A stretch of DNA of 46,174 bases from positions 1 to 46,174 of the forward strand of contig JANLSU010000011.1 in assembly GCA_031362565.1 (NCBI GenBank), given 5' to 3'. Below the pieces are notes generated by a model. The model worked only from the letters and a program-made list of their open reading frames with translations. It was not told the DNA's origin and searched no databases. The position numbers and the translations under genes are program-made. This DNA is from a bacterium (GTDB lineage Bacteria; Krumholzibacteriota; Krumholzibacteriia; G020349025). Of this stretch, positions 18,837 through 28,425 are shown piece after piece (the stretch's first letter is position 1; each line of letters opens with the position of its first letter).

Positions 18837-18875
18837 ACGGCTCGAGGCTGCAAACGAACGAAAGGGCAGGACCCG

Positions 18876-19403
18876 ATGGAAGCATCACCTCAAGCGCGTC
18901 CGGACGCTGCTGAATATCCGGCGTTCTACGCCGGGTACATCGGACGCGTCCATGAGACCGACATTCTGACGGCTCTCGACGCGCAAATCGCCGAGATCCG
19001 AACCCAGTTCGGAGCCATTCCCGAATCACGCGGCGGACACCGTTACGCGCCCGGCAAGTGGAGCATCAAAGAGCTCGTCGGCCACCTCTGCGACGGCGAG
19101 CGGATCTTTGCTTATCGTGCCTTACGCTTCGCGCGCGCCGACTCAACGCCGTTGCCTGGTTACGAGGAGGACGACTACGTCCGGAACGCCAATTTCGACG
19201 CGGTGCCGCTCGCCGACCTGGTGCAAGAACTCGAATTGTTGCGGCATGCGAACGTCTCCATGTTCCGTGGCTTGGAGCCCGTGGCGTGGTCGCGTTCCGG
19301 CTTGGCCAACGGCAATCCCATCAGCGTGCGGGCCATCGCCTATACGATGGTCGGACACCTCCGACATCACCAAGAAACCCTGCGCACGAGGTATTTGCCA
19401 TGA
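18876..19403 (+). CDS. DinB/YfiT-family protein
   Basis: RP...EY..FY..YI, YAPGKWSIKELVGHLCDGERIFAYRALRFAR and GHLRHH motifs. Confidence 0.88.
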   Translation: MEASPQARPDAAEYPAFYAGYIGRVHETDILTALDAQIAEIRTQFGAIPESRGGHRYAPGKWSIKELVGHLCDGERIFAYRALRFARADSTPLPGYEEDDYVRNANFDAVPLADLVQELELLRHANVSMFRGLEPVAWSRSGLANGNPISVRAIAYTMVGHLRHHQETLRTRYLP

Positions 19404-19750
19404 AGAAGACGAGACTGCTCTTGGGTGTCTGCGCTGGCGCCGCGCTCGCGTTGTTGATGCTCTCAGGCTGCGGCGGCACGACACCGATCAAGGCATTACT
19501 CGACGACGCCCCGCGCTACGACAACAAGACAGTGCGCATCGCCGGCACCGTCGGCCGTTCGGTCGGCGCGTTGGGTTTCGCCGCCTACCAAGTCGAGGAC
19601 GGAACCGGCACGCTGACGGTCGTGACCAAGAACGGCGGTTCGCCCCGCGAAGGCGCCAAAGTCGGCGTCCAGGGCGTCTTCCATTCGGCGTTCACCCTCG
19701 GCCCCCAGACCGTCGCCGCCCTGGTGGAGAAACAGCGCCGCACGCAGTAG
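19400..19750 (+). CDS. Small lipoprotein with probable OB fold (116 aa)
   Basis: ATGA overlap with the DinB gene; lipobox LSGC; I..LL..A.RYDNKTVRIAGTV..Y.VEDGTG.L.V..EGAKVGVQG pattern. Confidence 0.7.
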   Translation: MKKTRLLLGVCAGAALALLMLSGCGGTTPIKALLDDAPRYDNKTVRIAGTVGRSVGALGFAAYQVEDGTGTLTVVTKNGGSPREGAKVGVQGVFHSAFTLGPQTVAALVEKQRRTQ

Positions 19751-19860
19751 GGGCACGATGCAGACGCATTGGGGGCGCTGCCTGGGGGTCGTCGATGACT
19801 CGCTCGACCTATGGTGCCGGTGTCGATGGGCCCTTCATCCACCTCCGGGACATGCATCAC

Positions 19861-20343
19861 ATGCCCAGAATCCTCTTCCCTCTCTTGCTCATAGTCGGCG
19901 CTTGTTCGCAGCCTTCGCTCGCAGCGCCACTCACCTCTGCTGAACGGCCACCCACGGTCGCCGCCGGCTTTTCTCTCGGCTTGCCATCCGGCATCAACCT
20001 GAGCGGCAGCTACGCATTCGGCCATTCCCGATTGCGACTCTCCGGCGGCTACTTTGGTCTTGTCGGAGGTGCGCAGCTGGGCTTCACGCCCTTCGTGAGC
20101 ACCGACAGCGTCTTTTCGCGCAGCGTTGCAGTCGTCGTTGGCTACTTTTTTGCGGATCGCTACGTGTTCTATGCGACTTCACCGCAGATCACGGATCACT
20201 ACGAGTACGCCGGTCTCGCGATCGAGTTCAACCTGCGACAGCTTTTCATCACTCCGGGCGTGGCGCTTTTCCAGAGCCGCGGCGACACCGAGGTCGGTCT
20301 CCTGTTTCAAGTCGGATGCGAATTCCCGCTCCGGCGTCGCTGA
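19861..20343 (+). CDS. Hypothetical secreted protein, possible small outer-membrane beta-barrel
   Basis: Signal-peptide-like MPRILFPLLLIVGACSQPSLA; alternating amphipathic beta-strands ending FQVGCEF. Start may be 19852. Confidence 0.5.
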   Translation: MPRILFPLLLIVGACSQPSLAAPLTSAERPPTVAAGFSLGLPSGINLSGSYAFGHSRLRLSGGYFGLVGGAQLGFTPFVSTDSVFSRSVAVVVGYFFADRYVFYATSPQITDHYEYAGLAIEFNLRQLFITPGVALFQSRGDTEVGLLFQVGCEFPLRRR

Positions 20344-20350
20344 ACGTCGC

Positions 20351-21301
20351 TCACGAATCCAGCAACCCCGACAACCAGTGGACGACGTTCAAGAGGAGCT
20401 GCGGGTTTTGCGCGGCGATGGGCGCGTTCATTCCCATGGGGCTGCGTTTAGGTCCGGTGACTTGGGCGGAGAACATTGCCGCCTCGCCGAACAATGCCAC
20501 GTACCCACGGCCGGTGCGCAGCACGGCCGCCTGCGGCCAGCCGGCGACCGAAATTCGCGGCGTGTCAGATTTGAACTCCCACGCGACCTGCGGCAACACG
20601 GACTCGATGTCGGGTCCCAGTACCAGCAACGGTGTCGCCGCTGAATCAACTTGAAACGCCGATCCCGTGAACGTCGCAACCGAATCGATGCGCTCCTCCA
20701 CTGACCGGCCGTTCATGATGGCATGATCCGCCAAACTGTGATCGGCGCGCCGGAACACAAATGGACCGCCCATCTTCGCGTCCTTGGCGAGCGCGAAACC
20801 ATTGCTCCACCGGGCCCCGAAGGCGGCGCCGAGTTTCTCGGCGGCACCGGGGAACGGCATGTGGTCCGAAATGAGGAGCAACGCGCCACCCGCCGCGACC
20901 CAGTCGTGCACCGCGACGATTTCGCTGTCGGTGAAGGCGCTCGGCGTCGGCAGCTCCCATTTCGACTGATTCGACGCCGCGAGTGCATTGGCGATGACGA
21001 GAATACTCCCCGCGCGCAGCGATTCGCGCGTGAAAGTCGACGTGCTCGCCTGTACGACATAGCCATCGCGCCGCAGAAACTCGGCGAACGGCCGGTAGCG
21101 GCCCGTAGCCGTGTGGAAGTTGCCGTGCGCCTCGTCCAACAGCACGACCGGCCCCTTGCCCACGGCGAACGCCGGATGTGGCACCGGCGCCGCGAACGTC
21201 GTGTCTGCACTCTGTTGAGCGCAACTCAGATTAGCAATCGATACGAGCGCCAAGAAATGCGCCAGACGCACGCCGTTCTTCCGGCCGAATCCGCTCACCA
21301 T
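20351..21301 (-). CDS. Secreted class I GATase-like/DUF4350-type protein
   Basis: VLLDEAHGNFHT, LRRDGY.V, ILVIANAL, WVAAGGALLLISDHMPF, GEAAMFSAQ, NPQLLLNVVHWL; start overlaps the M13 gene stop. Confidence 0.7.
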   Translation of the reverse strand: MVSGFGRKNGVRLAHFLALVSIANLSCAQQSADTTFAAPVPHPAFAVGKGPVVLLDEAHGNFHTATGRYRPFAEFLRRDGYVVQASTSTFTRESLRAGSILVIANALAASNQSKWELPTPSAFTDSEIVAVHDWVAAGGALLLISDHMPFPGAAEKLGAAFGARWSNGFALAKDAKMGGPFVFRRADHSLADHAIMNGRSVEERIDSVATFTGSAFQVDSAATPLLVLGPDIESVLPQVAWEFKSDTPRISVAGWPQAAVLRTGRGYVALFGEAAMFSAQVTGPKRSPMGMNAPIAAQNPQLLLNVVHWLSGLLDS

Positions 21302-23394
21302 ATGCGCACTCGCTCCGCCGGCGCGACATACAGCTTGTCGCCGGGCTGTACGCCAAAGGCCTCGTACCAGGCGTCGACATTGCGCACCACGCCATTGACG
21401 CGATACATGCGTGGCGAGTGCGGATCGCTGACGACGATCTTACGGATATAGTCGTCGCGCGCCTTGCCACGCCAGGCTTGGGCCCAGCCCAGGAATACGC
21501 GCTGGTCGCCGGTCCGTCCGTCGAGTACCGGCGCCGGCTGGCCACCGAGCGAAGTGCGATAGGCTTCGAGTGCCAGAGTCACGCCGCCCAAGTCGGCAAT
21601 ATTCTCACCCATCGTGAGTTCGCCGTTGACGTGCAGGCCGGGCAGCGGTTCGAAGGTCGAATACTGGGCGCCGAGTTTCGCCGCCCGGGCTTCGAACACC
21701 TTGGCATCGGCCGGAGTCCACCAATCGCGCAGCTTGCCCTCGGCGTCGAATTTGCGGCCTTCGTCGTCGAAGCCATGGGTCAGCTCGTGACCGATGACGC
21801 CACCGGCCGCGCCGTAGTTGATCGCCGGATCTGCAAGCGCGTCGAAGATCGGCGGTTGCAGGATGCCGGCCGGAAAAACGATGTCGCGCAAGGAACCGTT
21901 GTAGGCGTCGTTCGTCTGCGGCGTCATTGCCCATTCACTGCGATCCACCGGTCCCGGCAACCGCGCCACGTGGAACTGCCAATCGAGTTCCGCCGCGCGG
22001 CGCACGTTGCCCAACAAGTCGTCGTCGCGGACGACGAGCTGCGAATAGTCGCGCGGCGTGTCGGGATAGCCAACCTTGATGTTGTACGTGTCGAGCTTTT
22101 CGAGCGCCAGCTTCTTGGTCTGCGCACCCATCCAGTCGAGGTGCTCGATGCGCGTCCGGTACGCCGCTTTGAGGTTCAAGACGAGCGCCTCGATCTTGGC
22201 CTTAGCTGCGGGCGGGAAATAGCGTGCCGTGTAGAGTTCGCCTACCGCCCAGCCCATGTTTCCGAAGCGGTCGAAGCGGTCGCCGGCGCCAAAGTCCCCG
22301 CCGCTCACCGTATGCACGCCGCGCTTCCAACGCACGCTCAGTTCTTGCTGGCCCGATAGCGTCTTGTTGCGCATCGCGAAGGCGGCATTCACGAAGGGAG
22401 TCGAGAGATAGGGCGCCGAGTTGTCGGCCATCGTGAACGCGAGCCACGCCTGCAGTGTTGCGAGCGGTGTCTTGGCGTACAGAGCCGCAATCTTCGGGAA
22501 CGCACTCTTTTCGGCCACCACGACCCGATCCACCTTGCCGAGACCGGCCGCCGCGAAGAACGGCCGCCAAGCAAAGCCGGGCGCCAGCTTCTCGAGTGCC
22601 GGGATCGACATCGCGTTGTAGGTCGCGACCGGGTCGCGTTGCTGGGACTTCGTCCAGCTCACGGCCGCAATACTAGTTTCGAAGGCGACGATGTCCGCGG
22701 CGCGCTTCTCGGGCTCCGGCCAGTCGAGCAGGCGCAAGAGCTCGGCGGCATACTGCTCGTATTTCGCCTTCTTCTCCGCAAACGACGCTTGCGAATAGTA
22801 GTCGCGATCGGGCAGCCCGAGCCCGGCCTGGCCAACGTACACGGAGTACCGCTTCGGGTCCTTCACATCGACATCGATGCCGAAAGCGAAAATGGCGCCT
22901 TCGAAGTCCGCATTGCTGCGGCCCATCAGGCCGGCAAGCGCGGCGCGAGACTGCGCGGCGCGCACCTCGGCGAGTTCCGCCTGCAACGGCCCAGCGCCAA
23001 GTTGCTCGATGCGGCCTTCATCCATGAATGCCTTGTAGAACGCTCCCACCTTGCCTTCGACCGTCGTGGGTTCGTGCCCGGTGTTGGCGGCGGTTTGCTC
23101 CAAGATGTCATGCAGGCGCTGCTCGGTAAGGTCGGTCATCATGAGCCGTAGGCTATAGATCGGTTTGTCGGCGGGAATCTCCGTCCGGTCGACCCATCCG
23201 CCGCTCACATAGCGGAAGAAATCGTCGCCCGGTTTCGTCGCCGTGTCCCCGCCCGCCGCGTCGAAACCCCAGGTCCCGTACTGCGGCTTCGCCGCCCCGG
23301 CCGCGGGTTCAGCTTGTACGACAGGCACCGTCCACAACGCCGCCGCCGACAGCGCCGCAACCAGCCCGCCCACCCGAGGGATTGGATTCTTCAT
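21295..23394 (-). CDS. M13 family (neprilysin/PepO-like) zinc metallopeptidase, exported
   Basis: PGDDFFRYV, LGLPDRDYY, NDAYN..IVFPAGILQPP, GHELTHGFDD, GENIADLGG, DPHSP..RVNG; signal peptide after ATG 23394. Confidence 0.95.
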   Translation of the reverse strand: MKNPIPRVGGLVAALSAAALWTVPVVQAEPAAGAAKPQYGTWGFDAAGGDTATKPGDDFFRYVSGGWVDRTEIPADKPIYSLRLMMTDLTEQRLHDILEQTAANTGHEPTTVEGKVGAFYKAFMDEGRIEQLGAGPLQAELAEVRAAQSRAALAGLMGRSNADFEGAIFAFGIDVDVKDPKRYSVYVGQAGLGLPDRDYYSQASFAEKKAKYEQYAAELLRLLDWPEPEKRAADIVAFETSIAAVSWTKSQQRDPVATYNAMSIPALEKLAPGFAWRPFFAAAGLGKVDRVVVAEKSAFPKIAALYAKTPLATLQAWLAFTMADNSAPYLSTPFVNAAFAMRNKTLSGQQELSVRWKRGVHTVSGGDFGAGDRFDRFGNMGWAVGELYTARYFPPAAKAKIEALVLNLKAAYRTRIEHLDWMGAQTKKLALEKLDTYNIKVGYPDTPRDYSQLVVRDDDLLGNVRRAAELDWQFHVARLPGPVDRSEWAMTPQTNDAYNGSLRDIVFPAGILQPPIFDALADPAINYGAAGGVIGHELTHGFDDEGRKFDAEGKLRDWWTPADAKVFEARAAKLGAQYSTFEPLPGLHVNGELTMGENIADLGGVTLALEAYRTSLGGQPAPVLDGRTGDQRVFLGWAQAWRGKARDDYIRKIVVSDPHSPRMYRVNGVVRNVDAWYEAFGVQPGDKLYVAPAERVRIW

Positions 23395-23626
23395 CCCACG
23401 GCCCGACCACAGCCGGATTCCACGACGCATGGCGCGACTCGCTTTCTGGGTGGCGCACGGACGCGCCGGTGTTCGGTTGCGGCGAGGAAGGACGGGCGCG
23501 CGCCACGGGGCGCGACCAGGCCGCCATCGTAGCATTAGTTACGGTCGCGGTAGTCACGGCCGCGGCACGCGGCCGTCGGGGCGGTGGGGGGATGGGCCAG
23601 GGTATGGCGGGGGATGGGGTTCGCCC

Positions 23627-25426
23627 CTACGCCGTCGACGGCAGAATCGGCGTGCCCGGCGCCGCCGGCGCCGCAGTCCGTGTTGCCGCCGCCGCCGCCC
23701 GCGTACTCCGCCAGTGCCGCTGCGGAATCATCGCCAGGCCAATGATCGCGAGCTGGCTCGCGACGAAGGTCAGCATCCAGAAAATAGCCGAGTCGATGAA
23801 GCCATACGCGTGCAGCCCGACGCCGAGCATGTTGGTGCCGAACCACGACCAGCTCGTGACGATGTTGCCGCCGACGGCGAGCGCCGCGACACCTCTCTGC
23901 CGCGCCATGCCGCCCATGCGCGCATGCAGCACCAGCGCATTCCACAGCACGATCAACAGGGCGCCGTTCTCCTTCGGATCCCAGCCCCAGAAGCGGCCCC
24001 ACGACTGATCGGCCCAAATGCCGCCCAGGATCGTGCCGACGAAGCTGAAGAGCGTCGCAAAGGCGATGATGCCGTAGATCATGCGCGACAGGCTGCGCCC
24101 GAGCTCCGGCGTCAAGCCGCGGGTCAGCACCCCGCGCAGGATGTAGACGATGCCCAGAAATCCGGCCAGGAACGTCGACGCGTAACCCAACGTGATGACC
24201 ACGACATGCGTCGCGAGCCAGAAATTCGTATCGAGCACCGCCTGCATCATCGTCATCGTGTCGCCATCCAGCGACAGGTTGTGGGCGATGAGCAGCGTCA
24301 AGAAGCCCGTTCCCGCGGCGGTCACGGCGCCGATGCCGTTGCGATAGAACCGCTCGAGGACGATCCCGAGAATGACCGCCCCCCAGCCGACGAAGACCGC
24401 CGAGGAATACAAATTGGTGACCGGCGGCCGCCCCTGGATGTAGATGCGCGTCACCAATCCAAAGGTATGCATGACGATCGTCAGCAGTAGAATCCACATT
24501 GCGGCGCGCAGCAGAGGCCGCGACATGCCGAGCCAGGACACAATCGCGAGCACGAACACCAAGACATACAGGGTCATGCAGTGCATGAACGGTTGCACGT
24601 TGTTGAGCAGCGTCTCGAAACGCACCCTGGCCATGCGGGAGGCATGGCCTTGTTCGAGGGTCCCGAGATAGCCGGTGAGCGCCGCATTGAAATCGGCGGG
24701 CTGGTTCTGGGCCCAGGCCTGGAACATCGCCGGGTAGGCGGCGATCGCCGGCGACGGGCTCGCTTGCGCCTCAGGCGACTTCTGCGCTTGCACGAAGGAC
24801 TGCCAGGTATCGACTTTGCCTTCGTGCGCCGGCGGGATGAGCAGCAGACCCGTCACGTCCTCGAGTTTGAAATAGACCTCGAGGCTCTGTGCCAAGCGCA
24901 AGAGTTGATGCTGGAACGGCGACAGGTCGCTCGACGGGATGGCGCGGGCGCGCTCGATCTGATCGCTCAACACATCGCGATGCTCCATGATTTCGTTCAC
25001 GGAGAAGTACATGCGATCGCGATCTGCATGTATGAGCGCCAGAACCTCCGGGTGGTCGATGCGCAGCACGGTGTAGTTGCGCGCTTCCGGCTTGGTCATG
25101 ACGTCCATGAGCCAGCGCATCGCACTCACCTTCTGCAACCCCTTGGCATGCCGGTGATCCGACGTGCCCTCGCCGTCCTTCAAGTACATCGTCTGCTTGT
25201 TCGAGATCACCATGAGGCTCGTGCGCGCCAGCGTGTCGAGCGGCTTGACGCGCCCGAGATCCACGACCGGCAGGCCGCCGAACTGACCCAGTTGGAATTC
25301 CGACGCCTCTTTGGGCGCCTTGAACGCCGAGATCATATAGAAGGCGCAGAGCGCCAGCAGCACCACGGGGAGCACGGCCGCGAACCGGCCTCCCGAGCGC
25401 AGCGATGCTTTGGGTGTGAGGCTCAT
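23627..25426 (-). CDS. ccsA: Cytochrome c biogenesis protein CcsA/ResC (System II) with long N-terminal periplasmic domain
   Basis: WWD motif GGIWADQSWGRFWGWDPKE; conserved His in WLATHV and GLHAYG; GRVKPLDT motif; ATGA overlap with the upstream gene. Confidence 0.93.
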   Translation of the reverse strand: MSLTPKASLRSGGRFAAVLPVVLLALCAFYMISAFKAPKEASEFQLGQFGGLPVVDLGRVKPLDTLARTSLMVISNKQTMYLKDGEGTSDHRHAKGLQKVSAMRWLMDVMTKPEARNYTVLRIDHPEVLALIHADRDRMYFSVNEIMEHRDVLSDQIERARAIPSSDLSPFQHQLLRLAQSLEVYFKLEDVTGLLLIPPAHEGKVDTWQSFVQAQKSPEAQASPSPAIAAYPAMFQAWAQNQPADFNAALTGYLGTLEQGHASRMARVRFETLLNNVQPFMHCMTLYVLVFVLAIVSWLGMSRPLLRAAMWILLLTIVMHTFGLVTRIYIQGRPPVTNLYSSAVFVGWGAVILGIVLERFYRNGIGAVTAAGTGFLTLLIAHNLSLDGDTMTMMQAVLDTNFWLATHVVVITLGYASTFLAGFLGIVYILRGVLTRGLTPELGRSLSRMIYGIIAFATLFSFVGTILGGIWADQSWGRFWGWDPKENGALLIVLWNALVLHARMGGMARQRGVAALAVGGNIVTSWSWFGTNMLGVGLHAYGFIDSAIFWMLTFVASQLAIIGLAMIPQRHWRSTRAAAAATRTAAPAAPGTPILPSTA

Positions 25427-26622
25427 GCTGCTTTTCTCCCGTTGACGAACCGCAACAGGTGCGCGCCGAAATGGATCAGCAAGCCCAGGGCGCCCATCAC
25501 GCAGGCGATGTAGGGCACCAGCCATCCCGGGTTGCGCACGACCTGCAGAACAGTGCCGACGTCGCCTTCCTTGAAACTCGCCTGGTAGAACGTCTCGCCC
25601 TGGTAGCGCAACGGGTTGTTCATGTAGATGAGCACTTCACGGTTTTCGTTGTGCGACGGGTCGACGAGCTGAATGTGGCTCGAGAAGTTCTTCGGCGTGT
25701 TGGTCCCAAGATAAACGTCATGTTTGAAGTCGAGCAGTTTGACCGAATACGGCTTGTAGACGCGCTTGTGGCGCAACGCGATCCGGTAGGCCTTGTTGTC
25801 GAAGGTGATCTCTTGCGGTGTGCCCTGGGGCACGACCGAAAAATAGAGCGACGCCATCCAGGTACCCAGTTCCTGCCCGTTGGCGACCGGCGTCACCAGA
25901 GCCGCGGGCAAATCGATCTCACCCATCTCCACACCGCTCACGACCGGTTGCTCTTGCGCCACCAGGTTGTTCTCGACCGCGGTGCCCCGATTCGCGGCCA
26001 TGACGGTGCCCGCGGCATTCGCCTGCTCCATCAAACGCGCGTTGGAGAAATACTGGTCGATGCGCAAATCGAAAGGCAGGGTCGGATGGTGGATGACCCG
26101 GCCCTTGCGCAACATCGATTGCGGAATCGCGATGACCCGGTCGGCTTCGGGGTTCGACTTGTCGATGATCGCAAGTTCGACGACGCGAATGTCTTCGGCG
26201 TAGTTGACGGTCTGTCCCTCGTCGATGGTCATGTTGTTCTCTTCGGCGAACAGCGCCGTGACCCCTTCGCCCGCCAGCAGCAAGATGATGCCCAGATGCA
26301 CGAGCCAAATGCCGATCTGGCGGCGCTTGCGCTTGAAACGCACCGCATGCGCCGTGAGCAGATTGATCATCAGCATGGTGCCGAGAAGCGTGCCGCCGGG
26401 ATACGGAAACGCGCCCGGCACGTGCCAGTGGCGCGGCAAAAAAATCTGCAACGGAATCCACACCAGATAGGACCGGAAGTACGTCTTGAGCGTCGTCCAA
26501 ATTCCCATGTCGACCTGCGCCCAAGTGCCGGCGAAGATCAGGAAAATGGAGAGCGCCAGCAGCACCACGGTCAGCCGGATCGATGCCAGAGGCTTGACGG
26601 TTTCGCGCCAGGATTCACTCAA
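25423..26622 (-). CDS. Cytochrome c biogenesis protein ResB/CcsB-like
   Basis: LASIRLTV..L, three N-terminal TMs with WLVHLG, LLDFKHD.Y.GT..PKNFSS, IYMNNPLRYQGETFYQASF, RNPGWLVPY. TTG 26622 overlaps the upstream TGA, with a GGAG RBS. Confidence 0.85.
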   Translation of the reverse strand: MSESWRETVKPLASIRLTVVLLALSIFLIFAGTWAQVDMGIWTTLKTYFRSYLVWIPLQIFLPRHWHVPGAFPYPGGTLLGTMLMINLLTAHAVRFKRKRRQIGIWLVHLGIILLLAGEGVTALFAEENNMTIDEGQTVNYAEDIRVVELAIIDKSNPEADRVIAIPQSMLRKGRVIHHPTLPFDLRIDQYFSNARLMEQANAAGTVMAANRGTAVENNLVAQEQPVVSGVEMGEIDLPAALVTPVANGQELGTWMASLYFSVVPQGTPQEITFDNKAYRIALRHKRVYKPYSVKLLDFKHDVYLGTNTPKNFSSHIQLVDPSHNENREVLIYMNNPLRYQGETFYQASFKEGDVGTVLQVVRNPGWLVPYIACVMGALGLLIHFGAHLLRFVNGRKAA

Positions 26623-27755
26623 GATTGAGCTCCCGTGAACTGGACGGAGGTGATGAACGCGTCGAAGGCCTTGGTGTTCGTGTCGACCGAGGCGCTCGAT
26701 CCCGTCATCTTGATGAAATACGTTGTCTCGTTGTGAGCCACGGTCACGACGATCATGCGCTTGCGCTCCGCCGGGCCGCCCGTCGGAGCCGACAAGTCGA
26801 GCCGGTCCGCCGGCAGGCCCGCGACCGTCCCGTGCTGCATCGCCTGTTCGTTCAACGAGCCGACCGGCGGCAAACCGATTTGCCCGCGCCAACGATTGAT
26901 GTTGGCGAGCACGCCGCCGGCGCCGCCGGCGAATTTCGTAATGGCGATTTCAGTGTCGCCAGCGCCACCCGCAACCTTGAACGTGGCGATACGGAAGGCG
27001 CTCGTCGACGCTTCCTCGTGCCAGCCCGCCGGCAACGTCCAGGTCATTTCGGCCGGCTGCGTCGAAGGCTGCGATCCCGGCGCCGCGTCGATCGGCGGAT
27101 GATCCGCCGGCATGCTTGCCACGACCGGCGCCGTGGTCAAGTGAACGCTGTGAATAAAACGTTCGAATTCGGCCGCGTGTTTGTCGACGCGCTCCACCGG
27201 ACCCGAAAGGAAGAAGAACCAAACGCTCTCATCGCCGGGCAGGATCGCGGCGAGAATACGCGTCGCCGGTTCGGTGGCGGTCTTGGGTCCCGTCAGGTCC
27301 ACCAGATCGACCGCGCGGCCGTCGACCTGCACGGTCCGGAGCCCCGTCGTCGGTTTGTCGACGCCGACCGGTTCGAGGCCGATCTGGCCGCGCCAACGGT
27401 TGACGTTACTAAGCAGGTCACGCGCATTCAGGCCGAGGGGCGTGACGCGGATTTGCAGCGGCGGATCCTGCGCTTCGACGACCAGTGTCGCGTACCGCAT
27501 GCCCTCGCCGGGGAGTTCCTTCCACGAGGCTGGAACCGTCCACTCCGGATGCTGGCTCGCGGCCGGTGCCTCGGACTGCACCATGGGTGCCGATTGCGAT
27601 GGCGCGTGCGCCATCGGGAGCCGGCGGTCCTGTTCCTTGGGAACGGTGTATTCGCGGATTTGGTCCTTGTGGCAGCCCAGGGAGGCAATAGCCAGGACGC
27701 CGGCGGAGAACAGAGTTTGAAACCTGGATCGCAAGGCAGCACCTCTTCCGACCAC
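26619..27755 (-). CDS. Uncharacterised lipoprotein with two homologous domains, first gene of the ccs operon
   Basis: Lipobox SLGC; repeats WTVPASW..NVNRWRGQIGL and WTLPAGW..NINRWRGQIGL joined by an MPADHPPI linker; translationally coupled to the resB-like gene. Confidence 0.75.
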   Translation of the reverse strand: MVGRGAALRSRFQTLFSAGVLAIASLGCHKDQIREYTVPKEQDRRLPMAHAPSQSAPMVQSEAPAASQHPEWTVPASWKELPGEGMRYATLVVEAQDPPLQIRVTPLGLNARDLLSNVNRWRGQIGLEPVGVDKPTTGLRTVQVDGRAVDLVDLTGPKTATEPATRILAAILPGDESVWFFFLSGPVERVDKHAAEFERFIHSVHLTTAPVVASMPADHPPIDAAPGSQPSTQPAEMTWTLPAGWHEEASTSAFRIATFKVAGGAGDTEIAITKFAGGAGGVLANINRWRGQIGLPPVGSLNEQAMQHGTVAGLPADRLDLSAPTGGPAERKRMIVVTVAHNETTYFIKMTGSSASVDTNTKAFDAFITSVQFTGAQS

Positions 27756-27930
27756 AACCTAGAACCTTCTCGCACCGATCCGCTAGGCAGACATCGTCGC
27801 GGGGATTCTACTCCACCGTCCACGACCCCGGCACGCCCACACAAAGCCCGTGCAGAGGGCCTCTGCGCCCGGCGCGCGGGGCGGGCGGCCGCGGCCACCC
27901 GCGCTCTGCAGCGCATGTTCGATTAGAGTG

Positions 27931-27949
27931 TGGAGCAACGGTTGTTCCA
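27931..27949. promoter_or_regulatory. Candidate transcription-factor operator (imperfect palindrome)
   Basis: TGGAGCAAC-G-GTTGTTCCA, 8 of 9 arm positions complementary, in the divergent intergenic region upstream of the ccs operon. Confidence 0.35.
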
Positions 27950-28425
27950 AACTCGAAGTCCCTGGCGGGCCCACCGAGCGGCCGCTGGATGGGCGCGGCC
28001 TCGCGCCCCTGTCTCCAAAGGACGCATCGGCTCGGCTTGCGGCAGACAGATCCAGCGAGTCGCCATCCCAAAACATCGCGGTGCATCGACGACAATTTGC
28101 GCCAAGCGATCGCCTTCATCCGCGTCGATCGACACAACGACCCGGCATCGTGTTTCGCGCTCGCTCGGAATCGGGGTCGAATCGGCCGAGCCCAATCAAA
28201 CCGTCGCAGGCCGCTACTTGGCGCCGGACACCGAAGGCGGGCTGAAAAACTCGCCTGGGCGCCAAAGCCGGGCGGAAACGCGCCGCCGCAGGGCGGTGCG
28301 CGGTGCGTCGTTCCCCATCCGGCCGCGTGTTCTCCGGACGCGCGGAACGGTCCATGCACCGGTCGCAGGAGGGCTGCTGATCATGTCTGGACCTGCGCAC
28401 CGGGCTCGATTCTTACCGGAAGGCA

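Noticed and set aside
23538..23567. 15-bp tandem repeat upstream of the M13 peptidase (GTTACGGTCGCGGTA / GTCACGGCCGCGGCA)
   Set aside because: Only 12/15 identity in very GC-rich DNA; not clearly above background.
28236..28300. Possible c-di-GMP riboswitch or IS terminal remnant (GCTGAAAAACTCG, loosely echoed on the minus strand near 15462-15477)
   Set aside because: Riboswitch consensus elements do not line up, and the match is too short to distinguish from chance; no transposase nearby.
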